64,000 nt of DNA, from contig OZ316895.1 in assembly GCA_973895155.1 (NCBI GenBank), positions 9,660,184-9,724,183 of the forward strand. Reading direction: 5' to 3'. Positions 25,793 to 37,431 of the stretch are shown here, one piece after another. The first letter of the stretch is position 1; every line of letters starts with the position of its first letter. The notes under the pieces were generated by a model. That model was given only the letters and a program-made list of their open reading frames with translations. It was not told where the DNA came from and made no database searches. The translations under genes were made by a program, and so were the position numbers. Origin of the DNA: Marsupella aquatica. Lineage: Eukaryota; Plantae; Marchantiophyta.

Positions 25793-26884
25793 CTAAGATC
25801 CGGGGGTGAAGCTGGTGGCATATGCCCAGGCGTTGTTGACGACGGGGTCGGCCAAGTGGTCAGACAAGTTCTCGATGGGTCCCTTTCCGGTGACAATGGC
25901 CTGAACGAAGAATCCGAACATGGAGAACATGGCGAGTCTTCCATTCTTGAGCTCCTTCACCTTCAACTCAGCGAAGGTATCTGGGTCCTCAGCCAAGTTC
26001 AAGGGGTCGAATGCTCCTCCGGGGTAGATGGGGTCCTCAACCTCACCGAGGGGTCCCCCTCCTACTCTGTATCCCTCGATGGCTCCCATGAGGATGACCT
26101 GGCAGGCCCAGATGGCAAGGATGCTCTGCGCGTGGATCAGGCTGGAGTTGCCCAAGTAGTCGAGTCCTCCATCGCTGAAGATCTGGGATCCGGCCTTGAA
26201 CCACACAGCCTCTCCGAATTTCACACCGTTCTTCGCCAAAAGCTCGGGGGTAACGCATCCGAGAGCTCCCAACATAGCCCACCTGGCGTGGATCACCTCC
26301 AACTCCCGGTTCTTGGAGAACGTCTCTGGGTCGGATGACAGTCCAGCGGTGTCCCAGCCGTAGTCACCGGGGTACTCACCGGTGAGGTATGAGGGGGTAG
26401 CTCCGGAGAAGGGACCCAAGAACTTGGGGCGGTCCTCACCATACCTGTGTAGCGCAATCCACAATATATCCCACAATTAAGGTCAATCCCACGAAACAAT
26501 TCCTGCACTACATAATTCTAGAGCTCTAACCCCATTTGGCTCCTGCCAGGCAGCAACTGCTGAACGGTGCAATACTGCCGAGTCTGCGCTGAGCAAACCA
26601 CTATCCTAAATTTCTCGTTGATGTGATCAACTTCCAAACTAATTGTAAGAAATCTTACTCCGGCTCTGCTCTACATAAAAAGATACGTGAGCATGCTAAA
26701 TGGAACGAAAGCAACAGAATTCAAGCGAGGAGAGACTTGTTGTATACCAGATGCTGTCGGTTGCCTTGGCCTTCATTGACACACGGGCCTCACCAGCATT
26801 CACCTTCCTTGCGAGGGCATTGCTAGACAGGCCAAGGGCCTGTCCAGCCAAACTGGTCGAGGCACATGCAGTCACTGCAGCCAT
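25793..26884 (-). CDS. LHCB: Major light-harvesting chlorophyll a/b-binding protein of LHCII (Lhcb1/2, Lhcbm type); exons 26884-26748 and 26444-25793
   Basis: Transit peptide followed by [14 protein letters not shown]...[11 protein letters not shown]...[15 protein letters not shown]...[16 protein letters not shown]. The GT-AG intron 26747-26445 restores the WYG motif. Confidence 0.97.
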
Positions 26885-29339
26885 GATTGCTACTAGAGTG
26901 GACGATTTTCGAATCTGGGTGACTGATGAGTAGTGATGGAAGGAAGAAAGTAAGGTGCCTGACTGAACTGCTCCGCAAACGAGCTACTTATTGAGAAAAC
27001 TCCCGAAGTGGCGGGATCATAGAACACTCTCTACTACACTGTAATTGACGACGAGGAGTAGTACAACTCAGAGCTGGGATTACCCAGCCCCCACAAGTAC
27101 AGCAGTGCGAGAATCTAAACAATCACACAGCACTTTTCCTCGGTAAAACTGTTCAATCGTTTTTCCCTTGGTGGTGAATTCAGAAGTGAATCACAAGATC
27201 TACGAATAGCCCGTCATCGAATAATTAGTCACGAGGCCAACAGACTGATTATTGAAGCACGACGAATCACTCGCTCGTTGTCCCTTCTGGCGGATTCAGA
27301 AGTAGTGGATCCGATGCCCGTTGAATAATTCCTCCCGATGCCAACTTACTGCAGCACGACCAATGACTGTGAGAGAAAGGACGGGCCGGTAGGAATGTTG
27401 CCAATAGCATGCGGTGATCAGGATAAGCCATTAATCTATCAAGAGCGGATCGTTTTCTGACGTCTAATTGGCTGCTCCAGGACCTCATCAGAATCTTCCC
27501 GTGTCGAAATGAGCACAATTGGCCGCTCTTGTTGAGGGCGAAAGGAGCCCGGGGAGCCCGCCTCTGCGAAACAGGAGGAATCGTAGTGGAGTACAACCGG
27601 CACAACAAAGTGACCCTCTCAAGTCTCACTTCCTACAACTTACTTACTACTGCATTTCTACCCTAGGTGATAATCATCAATGTGATCTCTTGTCTGGCTC
27701 TTTTCAATTCGCTCGTGGGTGATAATCGTCATTAAACTACTGCAATTCTATCGTTGGTGATAATCATTGGTATTATCTTTTAGCTCGCTCTTTCAATTCT
27801 CTCGTAACTGATAATCATCACTATTATTATTATTATTATTACCTAAGCACTAGAACGTGTAATTATGTCTCGTTAGTTATTAAAGTTATTTTGGCGGGAC
27901 CACTCCCTTGCTGTTGGAGTATCGTTAGTTGTTGGAGCATGATGACTTATTGGAAGCCTCCCTGGCTGTTGGAGAATGGTGACTAACCCACATGGGTAAA
28001 CCCACAATGAAGCTGGAGAATGGTGACTAACCCACAATGAAGCTGCTATTTGGTGAATTATATGGTGAATTCATCTTTAATGTTTGAACCTAAAGCCCCC
28101 ATGGACACACACCTTTGCCAAGACGACCCCCATGGACACACATGAGTTACAGTGTCACGACAAACCTCTGACACCCAAAATGGATTGCCGGTCTCTGATT
28201 AACGGAGATTAACCTGGGACCGGACAGAGGACTTAGTGTTGACTTAACGTTAACGTTGGCCTGAGCCCGCTTCCTTCCTTCCTTCCTTCCTTCCTTCAAG
28301 CCACGACCTGGCGTTTGACAGTAAGAGCTTCAGGGTAGCCGCCCTTCAACCCACGAGCTCTCGACACTACCTCAGGGTCGCGCTGCCTCAGGGTCGCGCT
28401 GGTCTTCAATATTCTGCTACTGTAATGAAGACGACTCAATTGAAATTTGCATCTTCGCAGCAGAAGCCAGAGTCCCGATTGAAGCCCTAGTCCCGATTGA
28501 AGCCTTCATCTCGATTGGTACTCAAACAAAATTATAGGAAACGTTTAGGGATGGCGCGATCTGCTGCCATCATCATATGATTGGCTGTGCTCCCAAATCT
28601 GAGCAATGGTTGGCTGCGCTGCGCTGTGCTGCAAACATCAGATGCGCTGTGAATCTAAATAAGCCTCAGGCGCAGCAGGACATTGGGCGCAGCAGGACAT
28701 CGACAGTGGAAACAGCAGGCACAACTCAATGTGATTCTTCAGGTCCGACTCCAGGGCTTCGCATTTTTGCCATCAGGTGTACCATTACCATTACACTTTA
28801 TACATGTTTCAGTTTCTTGCTGAAAAACGAACTGAACGTGCTTCTGTTTGTGAAAAGGCTACATACAAAATGTGTTAACTGTGAATGCAAAATGTCGCCT
28901 GTCTTTATTGTGAATCAATGCAAAATGTCGCCTGTTATGCACTAGGTAACTCTAACTACTCCTAATAATGCACAAGAGTTTAAAAGTTTGCACATAGACC
29001 ATGGACCTTGAAGATATCTCCGGTTCAGTATCTTGGCCAGATACACACGAATTTGAGTAGGAATGTCAATCCTATCACAACACTGATTCTGGGCATTCTA
29101 GCAACAACTCTGAAGAAGAATCACAATTTCATGGCTTGGGTTCTGAATCATGTTCTGAAGGCCGTCTACATTTCAGAGATGACCTTCAGAAGAACCCTGA
29201 TATTGATATCACTGAGCTTGTCGAGGCTGACTTTCACTCTGACTTAGATCCAACACAATCAGGTACAGGCTATGTACCCCCAATGCAATCATTTGTCAAG
29301 ATTTATTCATTTTGGAATGAGTTCCCCTGTGTAACTATC

Positions 29340-29536
29340 ACCGGCAATTGGCATGCAGGCTTTGTGAATAATCATCAACCATCTGAGTTGGAATTGAAAC
29401 TGCTGAAAGGGCAACAGTATGTTACTTGGAATGAATTTAATAGAGCATTGGATGAGTATGAGGCCAAAAGCAGGATGGAGTTTCACCAGATTTGCACGGA
29501 ATAAAACTAGATTCATGGGTAAGTGTAGAGGCTAGG
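29340..29536 (+). pseudogene. N-terminal fragment of a MULE/FAR1-type transposase
   Basis: LKLLKGQQYVTWNEFNRALDEYEAKSRMEF resembles the start of the MuDR/FAR1 DNA-binding domain. It reads inward from the left TIR and is cut by the solo LTR. Confidence 0.55.
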
Positions 29537-30661
29537 TGTGACGCCAATGACATGGTCCTTATTTTGTAATCTGATTAAGTAGGTTGCTGCATGCAAGGAG
29601 TAGCTATTGATATTGCATAACAATTAGCAAGATGGCAAGAATAAGGGCAATCATGGCGTTAAGAGTAGGGAAATAAAAGCTATGTCGCGGGTGGTCGATG
29701 ACCATATCTCTTTCAATATGTCACCAAATCCGGATCTGTAAAGAGCATTGGAAAGATCTGGTCAAGGCGAGTAAAATCGATATAAAACACTCGAGAAATG
29801 GAGGTGTATTAAGAAAGATACGGCCTGATTAGTGTGACGGGTTAACTTGTGGCCCAAATTAGCGGATTCGGCTTCAGTTTTGGGTTAACCCAAGCTCGAC
29901 CACGGCTTAGCTTATGTGAGCATGGCTTCAGCTTAGCTCAGGTAAGCACGGCTTCAGCTTAGCTCAGGTAAGCACGGCTTCAGCTTAGCTCAGGTCAGCG
30001 CAGCCTCAGCTTAGCATAGGTAAGCTCGGGTTCGGGCTCAGCTTAGGCTAGGTTAGCGGATAGCGGGTAGCGGCCTAACCCGAGACCACGGGTTAGCTCT
30101 ACTCGGGTTAGATAGGATAGGTAGGTTAGCCGAACTCGGGTTAGCTATGTAACTCGGGTTAGCATAGTAGTGAGTACCCCCTCTCGGTTACAGGGCCATA
30201 ACTTTCTGGGTATTTGACCAAATCGGCTATAATTGACCTTGTTGGAAAGAGGAGCTCAAGCCGCTTCCAACGTATCCACGCAGCAAATGGTTGAATAGAG
30301 AAATCGGGAGAGGAGGCGCAAGCTTGCAAAAACCATGGAGGAGGACCAAATCTGAAGTACATAGCCAATTCGAGATAGAAATAAAGTTGCGAGTTAGGGT
30401 TCAGTAGTTAGAGATAGTGGCGGCTCTGTTAGGGCTAGGATGGGGCTCCAGTAGTGTAGTATCCACCCATTTGGGCTCAGTATGAGAGTATATAGAGCAG
30501 CCCCCCGGTAGAGGCAAGAGGGGGGGAACTTTAGTTGTGTGATCTCACGTAGACTGAGCAGCAGGGAGGAGCTCTGTGCAAGGAAGGCTGGGCTTGGAAG
30601 CTGTGTGTTGGGGAGAGCTTGGTTGTGCTATTACTCAGGGAGTAATCAGCCACGCTTCACA
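29537..30661 (+). mobile_element. Solo LTR without matching TSD
   Basis: TGTGA...TCACA termini; TATA-like GTATATAGAG at ~30488; internal 26-bp tandem repeat GCACGGCTTCAGCTTAGCTCAGGTAA (~29920-30025). Flanks CTAGG and GCAAC differ. Confidence 0.65.
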
Positions 30662-31000
30662 GCAACAGTTGGCCAGGTTTGCAAGCTAGATTGTGGCTCT
30701 TTCTAGTAGGCACCACAACTGGGTTCTTTTCCCCCGATACAGAGCCTTGGTGATAGGTGATGTGTTGGTGATTGTAAATTGTGGGGAGGATTTCAATGTG
30801 ATTTGCGGTGAGCACATTAGGGAGGCTGAGATACTGATTGAGGGGCAACAGGAGGAGCATTTACAATTTAGTCTGGCAAGGCTACGTGATCCATGGGGAG
30901 TCCTGGCCTTTGTCTGGTGGAGAGCACTAAGGGATTTATGGCCAAAGCTGAGCTTGCAGGGTTTATCATGTCTATTATAGCCAATAAAACCCATGCCATG

Positions 31001-31212
31001 TCAAGCTGCGTATTTAGCAAGCAAGAGGCCAAGCCTATTGCCTGCATACACCCCGCAAATAGAGTATGCATCAAGCTTGTAAAACAAAGTAGCATTAAAC
31101 CCTAACTCCCGAGGCGATCCCTTAGTCCAAAAACTCCCTCAATGTCGATGAAATTATCAGTCCACACACATATGACATGTTGACCGTGAGGGATCTTTTC
31201 CTCTTTGGGGAA
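31001..31212 (-). pseudogene. DUF1917 / UPF0696 (C11orf68-like, eIF4E-fold) protein, C-terminal half
   Basis: HVICVWTDNFIDIEGV, then after a frameshift ELGFNATLFYKLDAYSICGVYAGN. Joins the 49967+ half across the GGGAA TSD. Confidence 0.75.
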
Positions 31213-32109
31213 TGTCACGTCATCAGCCTTGGCCTTAACTCGGGCTTCGGCTTTAAACGGGCACCTCCTTCGTAAATATGAGGGTTCGGGCAGGGAGGGA
31301 AGAGCGTAATGCACCTAATTCACGTAAACTAGCGCTAAGTGCGCCTACTGTTAGATACAGACATCTCCTAGGTATGGTTTGTGTTCCACCGCCGGAACGT
31401 ACCTTAGTCGATAACAGGATCAACCCTGGCTTAAGGACTTCTAAGCCTTCGTGTTGTCCGCCTTCGATCCGGATTCTATGATACAGGTCCTCAACCCGTG
31501 CTCGCAACCACATACCCGCAAGCTGCACCCTGTGCACGACTCGGGTAGTGCGTTCGGCCCGGCGTTGTCACCTATACACGAGATTCACACAAACATACAC
31601 GCGTACAAGCATACAATCTCGATTTACACGAAGGAAATAATGGGAAAGGATTTTACTACATAGGGGACATGTGCATACACTTGGTTGACCCGATAGCTCC
31701 GGAATGAACAGGTTCAAGGCCGAGAGAGCATACTACAACGGAGCCTGGCTCCGCACTCGCCCGGCGAGCTTAGTCCTACCCCCTCCCCTTGGTACTCTTT
31801 CACTCCCAGAGGTCGGGACTCCCCGCACATACCACGGATGTCCAACTCTGAGACTAAAAACCCCCCTGCCTCTACTGAGGGGTGCACTAAATACTAAGGG
31901 CCGGGGAACGGAGTGTCCTCCCGCCCGAAGATTTGCTGACTTAGGTCCTAACTAATCTGACTGTCAGGCTGAAAAACGGCTGTGTCTTATTAGAAGATCC
32001 TAATCTACGCAGGCTGGACAGCATGGCAGTGTTGCGGTAACTAAGGCAGATGCCTGTCCCAATAGCCTGACTTAGCTACTCCTAACCCTATTCTATTCCT
32101 ACTCCGCCG

Positions 32110-34721
32110 CTAATGCTTGGCACGCTTGCCAGAGCCGCCCGAGTGGGAGCGGCCATCCCGCTGCTTACGAAGTCTGTCGTTGTCCGCCTTGAGGAGCTGG
32201 ACCTGGTCCAGCAGAGATTCGTTCTCTCGCTTCGCCGCGTCTGTCTCCTCCGCTGCCTCCTGGCATGCCTCCTCCAGTTGCTGGGCGTCGCTTGTCAGCT
32301 TGCCCGCCAGCTGGTCCTGCTTCTCGGCTTTGGTTTGGAGCCGTGCCACTTCGGCCTGTAGCGTGGCTATCTCCGCAGTGTCCCGCTGGGCCCGTTGTTT
32401 GGCCTCCTCCAGGTCCTTATGCCAGATGCCTCGTTCCTAGCTTTGGCCTACTCGGCTAGGGCGGTAAGAGCGTGCGCCTTTGCTAACGAATCATCGGCGG
32501 CTGCAACTTTGGATCGTAGTTGCAGAAGCTCAGCCTCTTGAGCCATAACTTTGTTCTTTAAGTATACGGACTCCACCCGGTACCGCTCTATCCTCTGAAG
32601 GGCCTCTGACTGGGCCCAACCTGCCTTTACTGCGGCAACTAACTCCTGATTGAAGAAACAAGCTACCTTCCGGGCCATGAACTCCCTGGTATCCCGGGCA
32701 ATTTGATGAGAGAAATCTCCCAGAAGCCCGTTCAGAAATGTACCCGGTACAAAGAGTTTCGGGTGGTCCAGGTTGTGCCTGTCCGGAGTTGGGCACGGGC
32801 AGACGTCAACACGCGCGGGGGCCGGGGCAGTGACATCCAGCCTTGGGGACGTAATGTTGGAAGGGGCTGGAGTGTCCTCCTGCAGCAAAGTCCGGTTCTC
32901 CGGAATAGCCACCGGTGGGTCTTTGGGAGACCCGGGCTCGAGTAAGACCTCCGCTGTACCGACTTCTGTACTTAGCCCGGCCTGTTGGATCGCATCTACG
33001 GTTGTGATAACCGACCCATCCGGTACCTCCTCGGTTACGACTACAGCTACTTATGGGGGTGGGGTGGGTGAAGCTTGCGTGTCCGCTAGACTTTGGGCCT
33101 CGGGTTGGGGCCGTCTCTCCAAGGCCGGGAAAACCCACCTAGCTGGGACCAGCTTTGTAACGTTGACACGAGGAAGGGTTCGTCGATCAAACCGAGCGTA
33201 CCACTCAAGAATGATCTCAATGTGGCTAGCGAAGTACGCCTTTCTGCCAATGTACAGCGTCTTCCTTCGCCGCTCCATCTCTTCATGGAATTTCTTAGCA
33301 AAGTACGACGCCCACTTCCTAGGTCGATAGTTCTCGACCTGGATAACCTGGGCGGCGGAGATCTCCCCCCGGGGTTCCATCATGTGGAGGGCGTACCTTT
33401 GGAACTCTAGTCGCTCAGCTATCTTGGGGATGAGGCAGGTCCTCATCACGAACCCGTTGTCCACTGCTCCCTCTGAGGGAAAACTCGAGGATTGGTACTT
33501 GGCTCCCTTGCCCCCGGGAGCTCGTGATTCGACTCGATGGTCACCTTCGGGTAATCCGAAGATCATCTTGTGCCGTTCTTCCGTGAGGGACATATTCCTT
33601 CCCTGCAGCCGAGTATGTTGACGTGCGTCATCATAATTCTTGATGAATTCCGTCATGTCCTCCCCGTAGTACCTGCAAGTGTTCCAGGGGAGAGAGGCGA
33701 GGTGCTCGAATCCCTGAGTCTTCAGGTACACCGCATGCTTGGGATGGAGGATGTTCTTATGCACATTTTCCCCCATGCAGTGCATTGTCACCTTGGCCAC
33801 GGCTACCGTGGCCAATGGTAACCCGGATGCAGTGGCGGGTTCCTTCCTCTTCTTCCCCTGTGACTGGCTCGAGGAAGGTGACACCTCCCCATCCTCTCGA
33901 TCGGGCATAGGTAGTGCTACTGCCGTTAGTATTGGTCCCGGGGCGGCCACGGTCACCGTGTTGTCGGTTGGAGCCGCTCCTTGGATCCGAGCATGGAGAG
34001 GGGATGATGTAGTGTCGGTCCCCTGAGTGTTTGCTCCTCTGGGCCGCCTGAGCAAGGGTGGGGTAGCCTCATTATCGTCACTAAGGTCCACAACGTTGAT
34101 GACGGAGCGTACTTGTACGGCTGGCGGGGCAATCGGTGGTGGGGGTTGGCTAGGCTGAGGCCAAGACTGAGACTGAGATTGAAGCTGAGCCTGAGCCTGA
34201 GTCTGAGTCTGCGTTGGTGCGGGTACGGGTATGGGGTCCACTGGGCTGGCGCCAGCGGTTGCGGGTCTAGTTCCCATGAAGCTCTGTAGGTGCTGGTAGA
34301 AGTTCTCGGAAGCAAGTGCGGATGACCTTGTTGAACGGGTAGTGCTGGACTCGCTGTTGATGATAGCCCGAACCTGAGCAGGGATGTGGTCGAAGTGATG
34401 TCGTTGCAAGTCGATCATACCCGGGATATTGAAGACCTCGTCCGGAAGCCGAAGCAATGCTTCCCAGAAACCGATATATTTGTCTCCGTTGAAGAAGTAT
34501 CCCGATACCTCTACTGGTCGGTAAAGCTCGCTCTGAGACGGGTAGTCAAAGTTAAGGATGTAGTGGTGTCATCCTGCTAGGCAGATGGCTCTCTCGTACT
34601 CGCGTTCGATTTTGTATCGGCGCGGGTTGGCGTGTTTCAATGAGTCGGCCAAGTGTCTTCCGGTAGATAGGAACTGCTTCCAGAATCAAATGGCCGAACT
34701 GGAGAGGATCGTGTGCGACAT
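32110..34721 (-). pseudogene. LTR-encoded ~887-aa accessory protein, 3' LTR copy (premature stops plus a 52-bp deletion at ~32428)
   Basis: ORF pieces 33051-34457, 32448-32912 and 32110-32349 join into one frame when corrected with the other LTR. Plant-mobile-domain-like core and coiled-coil C-terminus. Confidence 0.8.
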
Positions 34722-34819
34722 TCAGAGGAGATAGTAGTGGCGACTAAGAGAGAACGAGAGAGCTGGGGTCGAAGCTGGTGTGTGGACTGATGGACTAGTG
34801 CACTACAAAGGGTCGGCTC

Positions 34820-34832
34820 CGTTTTTATACCT
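34820..34832 (-). promoter_or_regulatory. LTR TATA box (GGTATAAAAA), ~100 bp upstream of the LTR ORF ATG; second copy at ~49599-49610
   Basis: Motif conserved in both LTRs, ~360 bp from the LTR 5' end. Confidence 0.55.
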
Positions 34833-35195
34833 TGAGGCCTTGTCGATCCCCCGACATCTCCTTGTTGCCTATAGGTTGAACCGTTCACGCTTTGTAGTGT
34901 ACCGGCCACTCCGCCGGTCTGAGTCACCGCATGTCAGTGGATGCCTCCCGAAGTTCGTTATACGGACCCGAGGGAGGGGCCCCCTCACGCTCGTAACTTG
35001 GGCATGCGAATGGCGACGCGCCGCCAGCCCGAACATGAATTCCCTTATTGACTAATGATTTCCTACTCATAATGGCTACCTAAATACTGTCGTTATGCTA
35101 ATCATAGCGGCCTAAGATACCCCTAACGCGTGTGCTAAGCATGGTTTAGACCGAATTACTCATTACTCGCCGTATCGGCGGCGTCACATAGCTCC

Positions 35196-36525
35196 CTACT
35201 TAACTGTGAAGCGTCCTCCACTCTCGGCGTCATCGTCTTGATGGTGGTACTTCTTTACACGATCGTAATTGACTTGCGTGGGGAGTAAATCGCCGGCGTA
35301 CGTCGCAAGCTCCAAAGATCCATTAGGGTAGATCTGATTGACTAAGAAGGGCCCTAACCAACGGGTATGAAGCTTCCCTGGAAACTGCATGTACCTACTA
35401 TCGTACAGAAGGACTAGATCGCCCGTCACGACGTCGACCTTCTGTAGTCTTTTGTCGTGCTGTTTCTTGGAAGTTGCCTGCTTCATTATGGCGTGTCGAG
35501 CTGCTAGTAGCCGTGCCTCTTCTAAGGCTTCAATCTGATAAGCTCGGTCTGACGAACTTTCAGATTCGGGTAAGCGATCCCGCATGCTGACCCATGGAGT
35601 GTGTACTTCAAACTCGACGGGCACCAATGAATGTTGGCCAAACACGAGAAAGTACGGGTTGTGACTCGTAGTAGTTTTGTAAGCTAGATTATACGAGTAC
35701 ACCGCTGCGTACAACTTATCATCCCAATCCATTTTGTGTGCAGCTACAGTATTGTTGAGGATCTTCCCAATGATACCATTTGCTCTCTCTGTCATCCCGT
35801 TGGCTTTAGGATGATACGGGGTAGTCTTGTGGTGCTTGACTAGGTAACACTCCGTAAGCTGGGCTACAGTGTCATTGAGGAAGTGTGTTCCACGGTCGCT
35901 TACCAACTCTAAGGGTGGTCCGAACCGGATGAAAATCTGTTCATATAAGAACCTGGCGCTGGTTGCGGCGTCGTCCTTCACCGTAGCCCGTGCTTCGACC
36001 CACTTGGTGGAGTAATCAAATAGCTAGCAGGATGTACCTGCATCTTCGTCTTCGGGTAACAGGAGTAAATGGCCTGATATAATCAATACCCCACTTTTTG
36101 AACGGTGCTAATGGAAGCACGGACGTGAGAGGGTGATGATGAGCTCGTCTCGGGGCCCCAGCCCGCTGACACAGGTCACAATCCTTGATGAAGCGTTGTA
36201 TATCCCGATGCAACGTAGGCCACCAATACCCGGAGTCCAGAATCTTTCGAGTTGTTGTGATAGCCGCAAAATGGAATTCTTCTTCATGCAAGGCCCACAT
36301 TACGATAAACGTCTCCTTATACTCCAAGCAGCGTCGTAACTTCCCATTAACTCCTTCCTTATGTAGGTGACCCTGTACCATGACATAAGGCCCGGCTTTC
36401 CGTAAAAACACAGCGGCAGCTTCCTGATTGATGCCGTTAGGGATGCGGCCTGTTAAGAGGAAGGTGATTATTGAGCCGTACCATGTTGGCGTCCCCGCCC
36501 CTACGTGGAATGTGGTGCGTCCCAT
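35196..36525 (-). pseudogene. Stand-alone retroviral integrase ORF (H2C2 plus DDE core); one frameshift at ~36016
   Basis: Own ATG (MGRTTFHV); HEEEFHF...GYWWPTLHRD...CDLCQR; KWGIDY; LVSDRGTHF; TPYHPKANGMTERAN; RWLGPF. Confidence 0.93.
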
Positions 36526-37431
36526 GGCTCCCTAAACCCACGAAACCCCCCAGCTCAAGCCGATTCCCGCAGGTTTCGTGCTTGGCGAGGCCGTTTCCGC
36601 GGCTTAGCGGCATGGGACGCTGCTAACCTTCTACTACTACTATTAACATTTTACACACATATACTGGACAGATCCTTCATCGGGTCATGAGATACGTAGC
36701 CGGCCTAATATAGGCCTTCCCCTGTCTTCCCCTGTCTTCCCCTCCGTCTTGTTAGGTATGTTTGGATTCCGCCGCCGGAATGATCCCCAATAGGCTTGGT
36801 TAAGCCGCTAAGACCTCTCTCAGCTCGACACATCCAACTCTTACTCCCCTGCTTACTTTCCTTCCTTCTGTTGATGTGGGCACTCTTCACACAAGTTAAT
36901 GCAACACACAAATAGCAAAATGACTCATTCTGACTGAGTCATACCATGCACTTGCCATACAAACAGTACATCTCATACACAAGTTCTGCGAACTAAGCCG
37001 TGAGGCCAACTCTATTCAGCTCTTAGGCATGAGGAAACATGAATATACACAAGGGTCACTGTATGACTAACCGAGAGCTTCTCGTACTACTTGATCCTAG
37101 CCCGGCTGGTGCAAACTAAAAACTTGCTAAAGAAGAGGCCCTGAGCTCCCCGCTGCCCAGGTACTTATCCTGGTAGTGGATCCGCCATTCTTTGCATCGT
37201 AAGCCTAATCTACCTAACAGTAATCTACTTGCCCGAATCTACCTATGTACAGCAAGGCAGGAGCACAAGTGTTGCTCCTACCAGTGGAACCGCAATCCCA
37301 CTAAGCTAAGTGTCAGGGCCGCTCCTGGTCCTGATCCTAATCCTAAACTTGGAGATCAGCGCCCGCCCTGCCCACTCACGCCTCCTCCCTCCACGTCCGC
37401 CCTCCCTAAAAGGAACGACGCCCTTGCACCG

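Larger units (their letters stand above)
31213..35188 (-). repeat. 3' LTR (3976 bp)
   Basis: Direct repeat of 45941-49966. Preceded on the minus strand by the purine tract AAGTAGGGAG and CTA. Confidence 0.95.

Noticed and set aside
25856-26338. Antisense ORFs over Lhcb, RPL5, pol and the LTR ORFs
   Set aside because: Shadow frames of real coding sequence with no recognisable motifs.
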